Of a DNA stretch of 64,000 bases, positions 62,882 to 64,000 are shown piece after piece. Position 1 is the first letter of the stretch; each line of letters opens with the position of its first letter. The notes below the pieces were generated by a model. It had not been told where the DNA came from and made no database searches. It was given only the letters and a program-made list of their open reading frames with translations. This DNA comes from a virus (lineage: Duplodnaviria > Caudoviricetes), in the IMG/VR virus record IMGVR_UViG_3300014204_000124, positions 32,001 to 96,000 of that record. One strand, written 5' to 3'. Made by a program: the position numbers and the translations under genes.

Positions 62882-63862
62882 ATGGTAGAATCATTAGTAG
62901 ATGTCGTCTCCGAAATTTTGGGAGTGAGAGGCGAACCTTCTGTTCGCACGGTAGATTTTGCTGATTGTTTGGCCACGTCTACTACCAGAACCAGGATTAC
63001 TAAGCCCATACGGTCGGATTCGATATTGGGCACTTACGATTTCGGGAAGTTGTGCGTGTGGGAGGAGATTCTGTGTGCGAGGCATGGAGTGACGCGTACG
63101 CGTAAGGAAACGGCCAAGGACAGGTGGACATTCGGGATAGGCCGTGCATATCACTGGATGTTTCAGAATGCGATGTTCGTGGCACCAGGGACTTCTACAA
63201 CAACTCGTGACGAGAATGGAAGCCGGGTAGACGTGTATGACTCTCGGGAGTCAATGTTTTTGGGATGGTGGAAGTGTGAAGGTTGTGCCAGGGTAGAGGC
63301 GGGGACTCTTGACGATGGTTCGGGGGGAAGGGCTATTGCCAAGGGTGTGAACAGTTGGATATCTAGGCCCCTGAAGTGTCCGAAGTGTGGTTGGGGTGAG
63401 TTTACGTACTTTGAACCAGTCCATGTCCGGGAAGGGTTCAAATCGCATAGTGACGGCGGTATTTGGTGGAAGGGGAAGGTTTACCACCTTGAATTCAAGT
63501 CGACGAACAAGTTCAATTTTGGTCGGATTTGTACGGCGCCCATGCCGGAGCATTTAGTCCAGGTCGCCCTGAATCAGCTCACGAGCGGGGCCGAGCAGAG
63601 CTTACTAGTGTATGTATGCTATGATGATCCTGTATGGAAAAATGCGGTAAAAACCTACGAGGTACAGCGGGATGAGGACTTTATTCGAAAGCAACTGTTC
63701 AAGGCCCGGCAGATCCGGGAGTGGATTGGTGAAGGGCGGAAGGGGCTCCCTAAAGGAGGGGGAATCTGCCTTGCTGCCTCTGTTCCGGCGGCTTGCCCAA
63801 GAGCCAAAGGGTGTGCTGTTGCCGAGCACTGCCCCGTACATAATGGGACTAGATTTGTCTGA
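62882..63862 (+). CDS. Cas4-like PD-(D/E)XK exonuclease with Zn-ribbon insertion
   Basis: G..YH, H.DG, LEFKS, H..Q; C-terminal C..C...C Fe-S-like cluster. Confidence 0.75.
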   Translation: MVESLVDVVSEILGVRGEPSVRTVDFADCLATSTTRTRITKPIRSDSILGTYDFGKLCVWEEILCARHGVTRTRKETAKDRWTFGIGRAYHWMFQNAMFVAPGTSTTTRDENGSRVDVYDSRESMFLGWWKCEGCARVEAGTLDDGSGGRAIAKGVNSWISRPLKCPKCGWGEFTYFEPVHVREGFKSHSDGGIWWKGKVYHLEFKSTNKFNFGRICTAPMPEHLVQVALNQLTSGAEQSLLVYVCYDDPVWKNAVKTYEVQRDEDFIRKQLFKARQIREWIGEGRKGLPKGGGICLAASVPAACPRAKGCAVAEHCPVHNGTRFV

Positions 63863-64000
63863 GACGGCGACGGGGATTACTGTGATTGACGATTGTGCCA
63901 GAGTTTGCTATGAGGATACTACCGGGTTTGGGCTGTCTCGGGATGCGCCTGAACCGGCCAGGGTCCAGAGAATTTGCACGATACGAGATTCTGTTCTGCG

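Noticed and set aside
1059-63841. Numerous minus-strand ORFs in the track, some longer than 250 aa
   Set aside because: They are shadows of + strand genes, rich in Pro, Ser and His from the G/T skew, with no RBS or recognisable motifs.
62882-63862. Cas4-like gene as part of a CRISPR-Cas system
   Set aside because: No array or other cas genes; solo Cas4-like nucleases are common in phage recombination modules.
1-64000. Stop-codon recoding, tRNA or rRNA genes
   Set aside because: TAA, TAG and TGA all end genes at tight junctions, and coding density is high in the standard code; no cloverleaf or rRNA signature was noticed by eye.

Overview
This is a 64-kb internal segment of a large tailed dsDNA phage, probably more than 100 kb in total. 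Essentially all of the roughly 130 genes are on the + strand, densely packed, in the standard genetic code, and the + strand is visibly G-rich. No terminase, portal, major capsid or DNA polymerase gene is recognisable in the window. Layout: (i) 0-4.7 kb and 27.7-35.5 kb hold virion-associated and lysis genes, including about 10 otherwise unrelated proteins that share an N-terminal peptide, M-x-x-h-[DENQG]-R-[LF]-x-x-h-h-(x)-E|[ASGE]. Their domains are separated by acidic linkers containing x-x-E|[AS] sites. This resembles the T4 capsid-targeting sequence plus prohead-protease cleavage, and suggests a bank of packaged and injected cargo proteins. (ii) 5-27 kb and 38-50 kb hold small early or accessory genes: DarA C-terminal domain, MazG-like, MBL/RNase Z-like, ASCH, KTSC, FGE lipoprotein, DUF932, GroES, KhpA, Dam, TSCPD and a GHKL ATPase. 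(iii) 35.6-38.6 kb and 50.7-64 kb hold replication and recombination genes: intein-containing SNF2, SSB, initiator/DnaC/DnaB, primase, gp32-like SSB, SF2 helicase, RecA, resolvase and Cas4-like nuclease. Ten operons begin with the same promoter, TTGAC[AT]-N16-TAT[GA]CTGTAAG. In nine of them it is followed by a sequence-variable, structure-conserved hairpin and a segment (usually TGACAGC) complementary to the -10/discriminator. A LacI-type palindrome (GCGCAATCGATTGCG) recurs seven times. A spanin-like lipoprotein and myxobacteria-type Cys-rich repeats hint at a diderm, possibly Myxococcota-like host. All family assignments come from motif recognition by eye; no database searches were run.
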